The notes below the pieces were generated by a model that saw nothing but the letters and a program-made list of their open reading frames with translations, did no database searches and was not told the origin of the DNA. A DNA stretch of 33,705 nucleotides from NCBI GenBank assembly GCA_903933995.1, contig CAIZMD010000746.1, forward strand, positions 1 to 33,705, written 5' to 3'. This document shows positions 19,393 to 29,131 of the stretch, one piece after another. The translations under genes were made by a program, and so were the position numbers. This DNA is from an uncultured Bacteroidota bacterium. Lineage in GTDB: Bacteria; Bacteroidota; Bacteroidia; Chitinophagales; Chitinophagaceae. Positions within the stretch are counted from its first letter, which is position 1. The number at the start of each line of letters is the position of its first letter.

Positions 19393-19968
19393 TTAGTTAT
19401 TGTCTTTTTTGATGTTTTTGAAAGGCATTCCCAGCTCTTTCAACAATTCGTATGCTTCTTCGTTGGTTTGAGCGGTAGTCACAAAAGTGATATCCAAACC
19501 AGTAATCTTATTCACTTTATCGATGTCGATTTCAGGGAAAATGATCTGCTCGGTTACACCTAAGGTATAGTTACCACGGCCATCGAAAGCTTTGTCAGAA
19601 ATTCCTTTGAAGTCACGTACACGAGGCAAAGCCACAGATACCAAACGATCTAAGAATTCAAACATTTTTTCACCCCTCAAAGTCACGCGGGCACCAATTG
19701 GCATGCCTTTACGAAGTTTGAAGTTTGAGATATCTTTCTTGGAAATTGTAGGAACGGCTTTCTGACCAGTGATGGTTTGTAATTCATCTACGGCAACGTC
19801 TACCAGTTTCTTATCTGTAACCGCACCGTTAACGCCACGATTTACACAGATTTTTTCCAATTTAGGAGCTTGCATTACGCTAGTGTAAGCAAACTTTTTC
19901 ATCAAAGCAGGTACTACCTCTTTGGTGTACTTGTCTGCTAATCTCGGAGTGTATTTTACAGTACTCAT
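19393..19968 (-). CDS. rplE: 50S ribosomal protein uL5
   Basis: ITGQK, FKLRKG.PIG..VTLR, LPRVRDF.G and FDGRGNY; the start overlaps the rplX stop (TAATG). Confidence 0.99.
   Translation of the reverse strand: MSTVKYTPRLADKYTKEVVPALMKKFAYTSVMQAPKLEKICVNRGVNGAVTDKKLVDVAVDELQTITGQKAVPTISKKDISNFKLRKGMPIGARVTLRGEKMFEFLDRLVSVALPRVRDFKGISDKAFDGRGNYTLGVTEQIIFPEIDIDKVNKITGLDITFVTTAQTNEEAYELLKELGMPFKNIKKDNN
19866..19966 (-). promoter_or_regulatory. Candidate S8-binding autoregulatory mRNA hairpin at the rplE start
   Basis: 5' GAG-UA-CU-GUA pairs with UGC-A-AG-CUC, reproducing the 16S helix-21 internal loop; nested stems AGCAGAC/GUUUGCU and CAAAG-AGGU/ACCU-G-CUUUG. Confidence 0.6.
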
Positions 19969-20306
19969 TATTTGATTACCTCCCCTGATTTTTTAGATAT
20001 ACGAACTAATTTTCCGCCTTCCCTTGTGCGGGTAACTTTTGTTGGCGCGCTTGTTTTAGCATCCCACAACTGTACATTGCTGATGTTGATGGCTGCTTCA
20101 ATCTTAACGATACCACCCTTAGTATTTTGGGCGGATGGCTTAGTGTGTTTAGTGGCGATGTTTACACCTTCCACAACTACACGGCCTTTATCGATGATCA
20201 CTTCCAAAACTTTGCGGGGCTTTTTCAAGTCCTTGTCATCACCGGCAATCACTACAACAGTGTCGCCTTTCTTGATGTTGAATTTGGGTTTAAATCTGTT
20301 ACTCAT
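19968..20306 (-). CDS. rplX: 50S ribosomal protein uL24
   Basis: IKKGD.V.VIAG, VVVEGVN..KH.KP and GGI...EA.I.ISNV. Confidence 0.98.
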   Translation of the reverse strand: MSNRFKPKFNIKKGDTVVVIAGDDKDLKKPRKVLEVIIDKGRVVVEGVNIATKHTKPSAQNTKGGIVKIEAAINISNVQLWDAKTSAPTKVTRTREGGKLVRISKKSGEVIK

Positions 20307-20314
20307 TGTTATAT

Positions 20315-20349
20315 GCTTAAAGCTGGATGCTAAACGCTAAACGCTTAAC
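20315..20349. repeat. Degenerate 7-bp tandem repeat (five units) in the rplN-rplX spacer
   Basis: gcttaaa gctggat gctaaac gctaaac gcttaac. Confidence 0.65.
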
Positions 20350-20363
20350 TAAATATTTATTTA

Positions 20364-20732
20364 TTACAGTACCTCTGGTGCCAGGGATATAATTTTCATA
20401 TAACCCTTATCGCGAAGCTCACGTGCAACTGGTCCGAAGAGACGGGTACCACGAGGCTCGTCTGAGTTGTTCAACAATACCACTGCGTTGTCGTCAAAAC
20501 GGATATAAGAACCGTCTTTTCTACGCAATTTGTTCTTGGTACGAACGATAACCGCTTTTGATACAGTACCTTTCTTAACAGCACTTGCTGGAATGGCCGC
20601 TTTCACACTCACTACAATCTTATCACCTATACCGGCATAATCCTGTCCGCTGTTCCCAAGTACCCTGATACAAAGCACTTCTTTAGCGCCACTGTTATCA
20701 GCTACATTTAATCTGCTTTCTTGCTGGATCAT
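20364..20732 (-). CDS. rplN: 50S ribosomal protein uL14
   Basis: [22 protein letters not shown] and [10 protein letters not shown]. Confidence 0.99.
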   Translation of the reverse strand: MIQQESRLNVADNSGAKEVLCIRVLGNSGQDYAGIGDKIVVSVKAAIPASAVKKGTVSKAVIVRTKNKLRRKDGSYIRFDDNAVVLLNNSDEPRGTRLFGPVARELRDKGYMKIISLAPEVL

Positions 20733-20834
20733 TTTTTTAAACTTTGTGCCTAGACCTAAGTCTTGACTTTTACAATTTTATTTTCAGAGGCTCTGGCGAT
20801 TGCATAGCAACTGCGCAGAGCATGTAAAGCACAA

Positions 20835-21092
20835 TTACTTGGCTTTCTCTACAATTTCCACTAGTCTCCAACGCTTAGTTTTGCTTAATGGTCTGGTTTC
20901 CATGATTTTCACCACGTCGCCAATACCACCTTCGCTCTTCTCGTCATGAGCATGGAACTTGGTTGTTTTCTTTACGAACTTACCGTAGATTGGGTGTTTT
21001 ACTTTTCTTTCAACCGCAACTGTGATAGTTTTGTCCATCTTGTCGCTGGTTACAACGCCAACCCTTGTTTTGCGCAAATTTCTTTCTTCCAT
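20835..21092 (-). CDS. rpsQ: 30S ribosomal protein uS17
   Basis: [18 protein letters not shown] and [11 protein letters not shown]. Confidence 0.99.
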   Translation of the reverse strand: MEERNLRKTRVGVVTSDKMDKTITVAVERKVKHPIYGKFVKKTTKFHAHDEKSEGGIGDVVKIMETRPLSKTKRWRLVEIVEKAK

Positions 21093-21109
21093 TACTTAAC
21101 TTTTATGGT

Positions 21110-21325
21110 TTAAAGACCCAGTTCTTTTTTCTTCAATTCCGTCTGTAAACGGGCGATGTCTCTTCTAAGACCGCGAATATTCATCGGGTTTTCAAGAGGA
21201 GAAATAGCGTGAGCGAACTCAAGCTTTTTCAACCTTAATTGGTCTTCAGAGATCTTAGCTTTCAGGTCTGTAACATTCAGATCTTTCAGGCTTTTATTAA
21301 AATCGTATGTTTGTTTGTTTGCCAT
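21110..21325 (-). CDS. rpmC: 50S ribosomal protein uL29
   Basis: LENP..IR..RRDIAR..T; lies between rplP and rpsQ. Confidence 0.96.
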   Translation of the reverse strand: MANKQTYDFNKSLKDLNVTDLKAKISEDQLRLKKLEFAHAISPLENPMNIRGLRRDIARLQTELKKKELGL

Positions 21326-21343
21326 TGCAAATGCGTTTTTAGA

Positions 21344-21763
21344 TTAAGCTTGCAAATCTCTTCTTACACAGAATTTGGTTGCAATTGGTAATTTCTGAGC
21401 GGCCAGTTCCATAGCTTCTTTTGCAGTTGCTTCGGTTACACCATCGCACTCAAAGATGATACGTCCTGGTTCAACTACTGCTGCCCAGAATTCAGGGTTA
21501 CCCTTACCTTTACCCATCCTCACATCGGCAGGTTTGCGGGTAACAATCTTGTCAGGAAATACACGGATCCATACATTCCCTTCACGCTTCATAGCACGGG
21601 TCATCGCCTGACGGGCTGATTCGATTTGACGGTTGGTCAACCAAATTGGTTCCAACGCTTTTAAAGCGAATGATCCGAAAGAGATGGAAGTACCACGCTT
21701 TGCAACTTCGCGAATGCGGCCTTTCTGCTGTTTCCTATGTTTACTTCTTTTAGGTTGTAACAT
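21344..21763 (-). CDS. rplP: 50S ribosomal protein uL16
   Basis: [21 protein letters not shown] and RMGKGKG. Confidence 0.99.
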   Translation of the reverse strand: MLQPKRSKHRKQQKGRIREVAKRGTSISFGSFALKALEPIWLTNRQIESARQAMTRAMKREGNVWIRVFPDKIVTRKPADVRMGKGKGNPEFWAAVVEPGRIIFECDGVTEATAKEAMELAAQKLPIATKFCVRRDLQA

Positions 21764-21847
21764 GTTCTTTTGTTTTTTGGATGACCTTACCCGTTACCGG
21801 TTAGGGCGATTCAACTTATTTTAAATCGGTGCTAAACACCGGTTTGA

Positions 21848-22660
21848 TTATCTCCTGTTATCTCTTCCACCACCGGCGTTACCACCGCGGTTATCTCCGC
21901 CTCTACCACCACGGTCTCCACCACCTCTGCGATCATCGCGGCGGTCTCCACCAGGTCTTCTTTCTTCACCAGCTCTTCTGTCGCTCATGTCGTTCTTACC
22001 ACCAACGAAATTGGGGTTCAGTTCGCGCTTGCCCAACACTTCACCTTTACAGATCCATACTTTGATACCAATTTTACCATAAACGGTTTGTGCAAACACG
22101 TTGGCATAATCAATATCCATACGGAAAGTATGCAAAGGAACACGGCCTTGCTTGAATTCTTCAGAACGAGCGATTTCAGCACCACCCAAACGACCACTCA
22201 ATTTTACCTTGATACCTTCAGCACCCATGCGGAGTGTAGAGGCAACGGCCATTTTAGTTGCACGTTTGAAGTTGATACGGTTTTCGATTTGACGAGCGAT
22301 GGTGTCTCCTACGATATTCGCATCCAATTCAGGACGACGGATTTCAAGGATGTTGATTTGAACATCATCTTTGCCTGTCAACTTCTTCAACTCTTCCTTA
22401 ATACGGTCTACTTCTCCACCACCTTTACCGATGATGATACCTGGTTTAGAAGTGTGGATGGTTACAATCAGCTTACCTAAAGTACGCTCGATTACAATCT
22501 TTGCGATACCACCTTTGTTGATACGGGCATTCAGGTAAGTACGGATCTTATGATCCTCAATCAACTTTGATGCATAGTCTTTCTTACTACCATACCAGTT
22601 GCTTTCCCATCCGCGGATGATACCTAACCTGTTACCAATTGGATTTGCTTTCTGACCCAT
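21848..22660 (-). CDS. rpsC: 30S ribosomal protein uS3 with a Gly/Arg/Asp-rich C-terminal tail
   Basis: [31 protein letters not shown] and GRVPLHT.R. Confidence 0.99.
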   Translation of the reverse strand: MGQKANPIGNRLGIIRGWESNWYGSKKDYASKLIEDHKIRTYLNARINKGGIAKIVIERTLGKLIVTIHTSKPGIIIGKGGGEVDRIKEELKKLTGKDDVQINILEIRRPELDANIVGDTIARQIENRINFKRATKMAVASTLRMGAEGIKVKLSGRLGGAEIARSEEFKQGRVPLHTFRMDIDYANVFAQTVYGKIGIKVWICKGEVLGKRELNPNFVGGKNDMSDRRAGEERRPGGDRRDDRRGGGDRGGRGGDNRGGNAGGGRDNRR

Positions 22661-22675
22661 ATAATGGTTTTACAA

Positions 22676-23020
22676 TTAGTTTTTAGAATCTACGATTAAT
22701 GTTACGTGGTTGCTGCGTTTGCGAACTCGGTAGCCACGACCCTGAGGAGCCGGACGCATCCGTTTCAAAACCCTGCCGCCATCTACGAATATTGTTTTCA
22801 CCACTAGGCTGCTGTCTGCAGCGCTAGATCCGCTGTTCTTTTGCTCCCAGTTGTTAATGGCACTCTTCAGCAATTTTGCAAGAGGAGTGGCATTGTGTTG
22901 AGGGTGATGCTCCAGAATGGCCAAAGCTTTTTCCACTTCCATTCCACGGATCACATCGGCCAGCAAACGCATTTTGCGTGGACCTGTAGGATAATTGTTC
23001 AGTTTAGCTACTGCTTCCAT
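22676..23020 (-). CDS. rplV: 50S ribosomal protein uL22
   Basis: PRKMRL.AD.IRG and LKR..P...GR...RKR..H. Confidence 0.98.
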   Translation of the reverse strand: MEAVAKLNNYPTGPRKMRLLADVIRGMEVEKALAILEHHPQHNATPLAKLLKSAINNWEQKNSGSSAADSSLVVKTIFVDGGRVLKRMRPAPQGRGYRVRKRSNHVTLIVDSKN

Positions 23021-23073
23021 TTTCTTTTGGTTTCTTATTTGTGAACCGATTTTACAAGCGGCTCAAAAATGAT

Positions 23074-23343
23074 TTATTTCTTAGTTCCTGCGTGACCTCT
23101 GAAGTTACGAGTAGGAGCAAATTCACCTAACTTATGGCTTACCATAAACTCTGTTACATAAACAGGGATAAATTTGTTACCGTTGTGTACTGCAAAAGTG
23201 TGTCCAACGAAATCAGGAGTGATTGTGCTGCGACGGCTCCAGGTTTTGATAACACCTTTCTTTGATTTACCATCGTTGATCGCAACAACTTTCTCTTCCA
23301 AATTTGCGTCTACGTAAGGACCTTTTTTAATCGAACGACCCAT
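23074..23343 (-). CDS. rpsS: 30S ribosomal protein uS19
   Basis: RS.KKGPYVD, KTWSRRS and [10 protein letters not shown]. Confidence 0.99.
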   Translation of the reverse strand: MGRSIKKGPYVDANLEEKVVAINDGKSKKGVIKTWSRRSTITPDFVGHTFAVHNGNKFIPVYVTEFMVSHKLGEFAPTRNFRGHAGTKK

Positions 23344-23391
23344 AATAGTTATAAGTTTACTGGTCTGTTAGTGATTTATTTTCCGAGCTAA

Positions 23392-24231
23392 TTACTTAGC
23401 TAATTTTTTACCATCTTTTCTTTGGATGATCAGCTTATCGCTACCCTTTCCTTTAGTCCTGGTTTTTTCGCCTTTAGCGTATTTACCATTTCTAGAACGT
23501 GGGTGACCACCGGAGGCTCTACCCTCACCACCACCCATCGGGTGATCTACTGGGTTCATGGCAACACCACGAACACGGGGGCGAACACCTTTCCAACGAT
23601 TCCTACCAGCTTTACCAGCAGTTTCCAAGTTATGGTCACTGTTAGAAACCACACCTACAGTAGCGTAACAGTTGATCAATACTTTTCTTAATTCGCCAGA
23701 AGGCATTTTTAATACTGCGTATTTTTCTTCTTTGTTGGCTAATTGTGCAGATGAACCAGCACTTCTAGCCATTTTACCACCCTGACCTGGTTGCAATTCA
23801 ATGTTGTGGATATTGGTACCCAACGGCATGCTCTTCATTGGTAATGCATTTCCTATTTCAGGAGCAACAGCATCACCAGAAATTACAGTAGCTCCAACTT
23901 GCAAACCTTGAGGCGCAATGATGTAGCGTTTTTCACCATCAGTATATTGAACCAATGCGATGAAAGCGGTACGGTTTGGATCGTATTCAATAGACAATAC
24001 AGTTGCACTGATGTCTTTCTTATTACGTTTGAAATCAATGATACGGTAGTGGTGTTTGTTTCCACCGCCCATGTATCTTGATACTCTGCGACCTTGAACG
24101 TTACGTCCTGCAGTATTTTTCTGTGGTTCCAGCAAACTCTTCTCTGGATCCATGGTAGTGATTTCAGCATAGGCGTTACCAACCCTCCAACGGGTGCCTG
24201 CTGTAATCGGTTTGTACTTTTTAAGTGCCAT
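23392..24231 (-). CDS. rplB: 50S ribosomal protein uL2
   Basis: [14 protein letters not shown] and [17 protein letters not shown]. Confidence 0.99.
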   Translation of the reverse strand: MALKKYKPITAGTRWRVGNAYAEITTMDPEKSLLEPQKNTAGRNVQGRRVSRYMGGGNKHHYRIIDFKRNKKDISATVLSIEYDPNRTAFIALVQYTDGEKRYIIAPQGLQVGATVISGDAVAPEIGNALPMKSMPLGTNIHNIELQPGQGGKMARSAGSSAQLANKEEKYAVLKMPSGELRKVLINCYATVGVVSNSDHNLETAGKAGRNRWKGVRPRVRGVAMNPVDHPMGGGEGRASGGHPRSRNGKYAKGEKTRTKGKGSDKLIIQRKDGKKLAK

Positions 24232-24277
24232 TTGTTTCTCTTTTAATCAGCGGATTTTTCAGCTCCGCAGCTATAAA

Positions 24278-24577
24278 TTAAATATTTGCGTAAAGATCAA
24301 TCGTCTCGCCTTCAGCAACTGTTACCAGCGCTTTCTTATAAGCCGACTTCATACCCTGGATAAAACCAGCTTTTGTATAGCGAGTTTTGTTTTTACCAGG
24401 AACTACTACTGTATTAACGTCAACAACGTTTACACCGTAGAATTCTTCTACTGCTTTCTTGATTTCAAGCTTGTTGGCCTTGCGGCTAACCCTGAAAGCG
24501 TATTTGCGCAGTTTTTCTTGCTGGGCGTTTGCTTTTTCGGTTAAAATCGGTTTTACTAATATTTCAGAAGGTTTCAT
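24278..24577 (-). CDS. rplW: 50S ribosomal protein uL23
   Basis: P.LTEK, ANK.EIK.AVE...V.V..VNT and YKKA.V. Confidence 0.98.
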   Translation of the reverse strand: MKPSEILVKPILTEKANAQQEKLRKYAFRVSRKANKLEIKKAVEEFYGVNVVDVNTVVVPGKNKTRYTKAGFIQGMKSAYKKALVTVAEGETIDLYANI

Positions 24578-24609
24578 TTGTATATTTTGAAACGTTACTC
24601 AATTTTTTA

Positions 24610-25248
24610 TTATGCTACTACTTCAGCATCATTGTCAGCGAAGATCTTGGCAGTTCCTTCAGTCAGAACCAACACATCTGCGTTCATGATTTCGTAAGTA
24701 TTAATGTCAGCTAGCAAAGTGCTTGCAACATTAGGAACATTACGTGTGCTCAAATACAAATTATCATTGTACTCAGGTAACACAATCAATGTTTTCTTAT
24801 CGCTCAAATTCAAAGCTTGCATTGCTGCTACCAATTCCTTGGTTTTAGGTGCTGCCATGTTCACGTCTTCGATTACATAGATAGCACTGTCTTTTGCTTT
24901 GTGACTCAAGGCAGAAATCTTGGCCAAATCTTTCACTTTACGATTCAATTTGAAATCATAAGAGTGAGGTTTTGGTCCAAAAATGGTACCACCACCTTTG
25001 TACAAAGGGTTACGGATATTACCCTTACGAGCACCACCAGTTCCTTTTTGCTTGTGCAGCTTGCGGCTAGCACCTTGTACTTCGGCACGAGTTTTTACTT
25101 TGTGTGTACCTTGACGTCCAGCAGCCAAATACTGCTTAACAGCCAGGTAGATCACGTGGTCATTTGGTTCAATTCCAAATACTTCAGCAGGCAATTCAAC
25201 CGTTCTACCGGTTTTCTCTCCTTTTATATTTAATACGTCTACTTGCAT
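24610..25248 (-). CDS. rplD: 50S ribosomal protein uL4
   Basis: RQGT...KTRAEV, QKGTG.AR.G and GGG..FGPKP. Confidence 0.99.
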   Translation of the reverse strand: MQVDVLNIKGEKTGRTVELPAEVFGIEPNDHVIYLAVKQYLAAGRQGTHKVKTRAEVQGASRKLHKQKGTGGARKGNIRNPLYKGGGTIFGPKPHSYDFKLNRKVKDLAKISALSHKAKDSAIYVIEDVNMAAPKTKELVAAMQALNLSDKKTLIVLPEYNDNLYLSTRNVPNVASTLLADINTYEIMNADVLVLTEGTAKIFADNDAEVVA

Positions 25249-25269
25249 TTTTGTCTGATTTGTGTGTGA

Positions 25270-25887
25270 TTACTTCTGGATTAAAACGATTGATCCGTTA
25301 TGTCCAGGAACTGAACCGCTGATCAGGATATAATTCTTTTCAGGGAAAATTTTCACAACTTTCAAACCCTTCAGCATTACCCTGTCATTACCCATACGTC
25401 CGGCCATTCTCATTCCTTTGAAAACCCTAGATGGATAAGATGAACCACCGATAGAACCGGGAGCTCTCTGACGGTCGTGCTGACCATGGGAAGCTTCACC
25501 CACACCAGAGAATCCGTGGCGCTTTACAACACCTTGGAAACCTTTACCCTTGGTAGTACCAACCACTTCCACTTTTTCACCTTCTTCAAAGATGTCTAAT
25601 GTGATGGTTTCACCAAGTGCTTTCTCGATGGAATAGTTGCGGAATTCTTTTACGAATTTTTTTGCGGAGGTTTGAGCTTTTGCGTAGTGATTAAGCTCTG
25701 CTTTTGTAGCGTGCTTGTCTTTCTTGTCGCCGAAGGCTAACTGAAGTGCACTGTAACCGTCAACTTCAGGAGTTTTAACCTGAGTTACGGTATTTGGACC
25801 AGCCTCAATGATGGTACAAGCTATTTGCTTGCCATCTGTAGAGAAGATGCTGGTCATACCAATTTTTTTGCCAATAATACCTTTCAT
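25270..25887 (-). CDS. rplC: 50S ribosomal protein uL3
   Basis: [26 protein letters not shown] and [10 protein letters not shown]. Confidence 0.99.
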   Translation of the reverse strand: MKGIIGKKIGMTSIFSTDGKQIACTIIEAGPNTVTQVKTPEVDGYSALQLAFGDKKDKHATKAELNHYAKAQTSAKKFVKEFRNYSIEKALGETITLDIFEEGEKVEVVGTTKGKGFQGVVKRHGFSGVGEASHGQHDRQRAPGSIGGSSYPSRVFKGMRMAGRMGNDRVMLKGLKVVKIFPEKNYILISGSVPGHNGSIVLIQK

Positions 25888-26191
25888 CGTTTTTTGCGGT
25901 TTGTGCCCCGCGGAGGTATGTAGGACATCTAGCCGATGAAGCTAGATTCAATCCTTGTTGACTACCGACCTTTTCCGTTGTTTCCTGATGATTTATCAGA
26001 AGAGGAAGTACCGGGAGTAAACAAACCTCGAAGGGCCTGTTTATATGTTAGTTCCATTTGGTCTTTTTAACCGGAGTTATCCGGACCATTTGGTTTTCTT
26101 TAATCAGAGCTGCTTTCTCCTTTTTGAGGGTTGGCAGATGATGATATTGATAAGAACTTTTTTTGCCGCTATCTAAGACCTAGGTCCCAGA
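25888..26191 (-). ncRNA. Unassigned 304-nt structured RNA in the rpsJ-rplC spacer (candidate r-protein leader or processing element)
   Basis: At least five hairpins visible by eye, several needing G-U pairs on the transcribed strand; no long ORF. Confidence 0.5.
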
Positions 26192-26497
26192 TTATGCTTT
26201 GATCTCTACTTCTACTCCAGAAGGCAGATCTAATTTGCTCAACGCATCCACAGTTCTAGAAGAAGAAGTGTAGATATCCAATAGGCGCTTATGTGTAGCC
26301 AACTGGAACTGCTCACGGCTCTTCTTGTTTACGTGTGGTGAACGCAAAACGGTAAAGATCTTCTTGTGTGTAGGTAAAGGAATAGGACCTGTAACTACTG
26401 CACCTGTACTTCTAACTGTTTTTACGATCTTCTCCGCAGACTTGTCTACCAAGTTGTGATCGTATGATTGCAATTTGATTCTGATTCTCTGAGACAT
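26192..26497 (-). CDS. rpsJ: 30S ribosomal protein uS10 / NusE
   Basis: Start moved to ATG 26497 (MSQRIRIKL); GPIPLPT and [15 protein letters not shown]. Confidence 0.99.
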   Translation of the reverse strand: MSQRIRIKLQSYDHNLVDKSAEKIVKTVRSTGAVVTGPIPLPTHKKIFTVLRSPHVNKKSREQFQLATHKRLLDIYTSSSRTVDALSKLDLPSGVEVEIKA

Positions 26498-26540
26498 AGA
26501 CAAAACCCCATTTTTCTGTTGATCAAGATCCAATTGTTAT

Positions 26541-26551
26541 TTTTAAAGAAC
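26541..26551 (-). promoter_or_regulatory. Nus boxA element in the rpsJ 5' leader
   Basis: GTTCTTTAAAA on the transcribed strand is an exact match to GYTCTTTAANA and lies between the predicted promoter and the rpsJ start. Confidence 0.6.
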
Positions 26552-26577
26552 TATTTGAATCTGTCGATTTGGGTTTG

Positions 26578-26608
26578 CAAAGGTAAGGGGCTGTATTTGA
26601 TTGGGCAA
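26578..26608 (-). promoter_or_regulatory. Bacteroidota housekeeping promoter for the rpsJ/S10-spc operon
   Basis: TTG-N20-TACCTTTG matches the -33/-7 (TAnnTTTG) consensus. Confidence 0.8.
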
Positions 26609-26743
26609 GTATTTTTGAATCTTTTTTGTGGATTTCTTTATAAAATGCCAAAAAATATGCCCAAATCGGGGTTTCGAGGGAGTTATTCACGGGTTTATCC
26701 CCAGAGGCGCCAGTGAAAATTGTCAAAAATCGCCTGTGGCGAT

Positions 26744-26774
26744 AAAAAAAGCCCCGCTCAAATTGAACGGGGCT
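26744..26774 (-). terminator. Intrinsic terminator after fusA
   Basis: Minus strand agccccgttca-att-tgagcggggc followed by T7. Confidence 0.88.
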
Positions 26775-26795
26775 CGTATAAAAATCTGATAAAAA

Positions 26796-28946
26796 TTAGT
26801 CTTCAGACTTCACTTTTCCCTTTGCTTTTGCAATCACTTCTTCAGCGATATTGTTTGGAGCAGGGTTGTAGTGGCTAAACTCCATGGTTGAAGCAGCTCT
26901 ACCAGAAGATAAAGAACGCAATTGGGTTACATAACCAAACATTTCACTCAATGGTACTTTGGCCTTGATCACTTGTGCATTACCACGAGTGTCCATACCT
27001 TCTAACATACCACGTCTACGGTTCAAGTCACCAGTAACGTCTCCCATGTATTGGTCAGGGGTAACTACTTCTACGCGCATGATTGGCTCCAACAAAGTTG
27101 GTTTTGCTTTGCGTCCTGCTTCACGGAAACCAGATTTAGCACACAATTCAAAAGACATGGCGTCAGAATCCACTTGGTGGAAGCTACCGTCAAATACGCG
27201 CACTTTCATAGATACTACAGGATATCCTGCCAATACACCAACACCCATTGAGGTTTCAAAACCTTTGATGATGGCTGGAACAAATTCTTTAGGGATAGAT
27301 CCACCAAAGAGGTCATTCTTAAATTGGAAAGCTTTTCCTGGATTCTCTTTCAGCCACTCGTCGTCAGCTGGTCCAATTTCAAATTGGATATCGGCAAACT
27401 TACCACGACCACCGGACTGCTTCTTCAACACTTCGCGGTGTTGGATGCTGTTTCCAAATGCTTCTTTGTAAGCTACCTGAGGATTACCTTGGTTAATTTC
27501 TACTTTGAACTCGCGACGCATACGGTCAACGATGATTTCTAAGTGCAATTCTCCCATTCCAGAAAGGATGGTTTGACCAGTATCTTCGTCAGTTTTAACG
27601 CGCAAAGTAGGATCTTCTTCTACCAATTTAGCAATGGCCATACCCATTTTATCAACGTCAGCTTGAGTTTTAGGCTCAACCGCTACAGAGATTACAGGCT
27701 CAGGAATGAACATGTTCTCCAAAGTGATAGGATGGTTCTCATCGCACAAAGTATCTCCAGTCTTGATTTCTTTGAAACCTACTGCCGCAGCAATATCACC
27801 AGCTTCTATAAAATCAATTGGGTTTTGTTTGTTAGCAAACATCTTCATGATACGGCTGATACGCTCTTTCTTACCGCTTCTTACGTTCAATACATAAGAA
27901 CCAGCGTCTAAGTGACCAGAATAACATCTGAAGAATGCCAGACGACCCACAAATGGATCAGTCATGATTTTGAAAGCCAAGGCTGCAAATGGTTCTTTTG
28001 CATTAGGCTTACGAGTGATTTGCTCACCAGTGTCTGGATTGGTACCTACGGTATCTTCCACGTCCATTGGACTAGGCAAGTAGCGGCAAACAGCATCCAA
28101 TGCAGTTTGTACACCTTTGTTCTTGAATGAAGATCCGCACATCATTGGAACAATGCTCAAATCAATACAAGCTTTACGGATAGCTTCGTGAACCTCATCT
28201 TCTGTAATAGAAGCTGGATCATCAAAGAATTTCTCCATCAAGTTGTCATCATATTCAGCAACTGATTCAATTAATTTAGCTCTCCACTCATTGGCTTCTT
28301 CTACCATATCAGCAGGTACAGGAATTTCTTTGAAGGTCATACCTTCAGTTTCCATATCCCAGATAACACCTTTCATGGTAATCAAATCCACCACACCAAT
28401 AAAGTCATCTTCAGCACCAATAGGCAATTGCAAAGGAACTGCATTAGCACCTAGCATTTCTTTTACCTGGTGAACTACCATTAAGAAGTCAGCACCAGAA
28501 CGGTCCATTTTGTTTACAAAACCAATACGAGGAACTTTGTAACGGTTAGCTTGACGCCAAACAGTTTCAGATTGTGGTTCCACACCGTCTACCGCAGAGA
28601 ACAAGGCAATCAAGCCGTCCAGTACGCGCATAGAACGCTCTACCTCAACGGTGAAATCCACGTGACCGGGAGTATCAATGATGTTGAAATAATATGATTT
28701 GGTATTGGCATCAGCCGTACCCTTGTTGGTAGGGAATTTCCACTCACAACTTACCGCAGCAGAAGTGATGGTAATACCTCTTTCCTTTTCCTGTTCCATC
28801 CAGTCAGTAGTAGCTGCACCATCGTGCACCTCACCAATCTTGTGAATCATACCGGTATAGCGCAGGATACGCTCGGTAGTGGTGGTTTTACCGGCATCAA
28901 TGTGCGCGGCAATCCCAAAATTTCGTTGTAGTCTCAAGTCCGCCAT
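26796..28946 (-). CDS. fusA: Elongation factor G
   Basis: Start moved to ATG 28946 ([12 protein letters not shown]); [23 protein letters not shown] and GMGELHL. Confidence 0.99.
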   Translation of the reverse strand: MADLRLQRNFGIAAHIDAGKTTTTERILRYTGMIHKIGEVHDGAATTDWMEQEKERGITITSAAVSCEWKFPTNKGTADANTKSYYFNIIDTPGHVDFTVEVERSMRVLDGLIALFSAVDGVEPQSETVWRQANRYKVPRIGFVNKMDRSGADFLMVVHQVKEMLGANAVPLQLPIGAEDDFIGVVDLITMKGVIWDMETEGMTFKEIPVPADMVEEANEWRAKLIESVAEYDDNLMEKFFDDPASITEDEVHEAIRKACIDLSIVPMMCGSSFKNKGVQTALDAVCRYLPSPMDVEDTVGTNPDTGEQITRKPNAKEPFAALAFKIMTDPFVGRLAFFRCYSGHLDAGSYVLNVRSGKKERISRIMKMFANKQNPIDFIEAGDIAAAVGFKEIKTGDTLCDENHPITLENMFIPEPVISVAVEPKTQADVDKMGMAIAKLVEEDPTLRVKTDEDTGQTILSGMGELHLEIIVDRMRREFKVEINQGNPQVAYKEAFGNSIQHREVLKKQSGGRGKFADIQFEIGPADDEWLKENPGKAFQFKNDLFGGSIPKEFVPAIIKGFETSMGVGVLAGYPVVSMKVRVFDGSFHQVDSDAMSFELCAKSGFREAGRKAKPTLLEPIMRVEVVTPDQYMGDVTGDLNRRRGMLEGMDTRGNAQVIKAKVPLSEMFGYVTQLRSLSSGRAASTMEFSHYNPAPNNIAEEVIAKAKGKVKSED

Positions 28947-29003
28947 AAAGAGTTCTTGTTTAAGATTTGTTTTTCTGAAGTACGCTTCAAATTTTTCGAG
29001 CGG

Positions 29004-29032
29004 CAAAGGTAGTAATTATCCCGATTGTACAA
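29004..29032 (-). promoter_or_regulatory. Bacteroidota housekeeping promoter for fusA
   Basis: TTG-N18-TACCTTTG, located downstream of the rpsG terminator. Confidence 0.78.
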
Positions 29033-29083
29033 GGGGTTCACCCAGATTTAATTCTGATGGGGATAATTTAGGGTTAAGTACAT

Positions 29084-29109
29084 AAAAAAAGCCCCGGAAT
29101 TTCCGGGGC
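29084..29109 (-). terminator. Intrinsic terminator after rpsG
   Basis: Minus strand gccccgga-aat-tccggggc followed by T7. Confidence 0.88.
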
Positions 29110-29131
29110 CTATAGTCACTCTTTGCAGAGA

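Noticed and set aside
20740-20772. AAGUC...GGCAC upstream of rplN as a second S8-site mimic
   Set aside because: Lacks the pair equivalent to A596-U644 and the supporting lower helix.
26147-26157. Second boxA-like GTTCTTATCAA after rpsJ
   Set aside because: Three mismatches to the consensus; too weak without conservation data.
26498-26795. Absence of tuf after fusA and absence of Shine-Dalgarno sequences
   Set aside because: Both are normal, known features of Bacteroidota.
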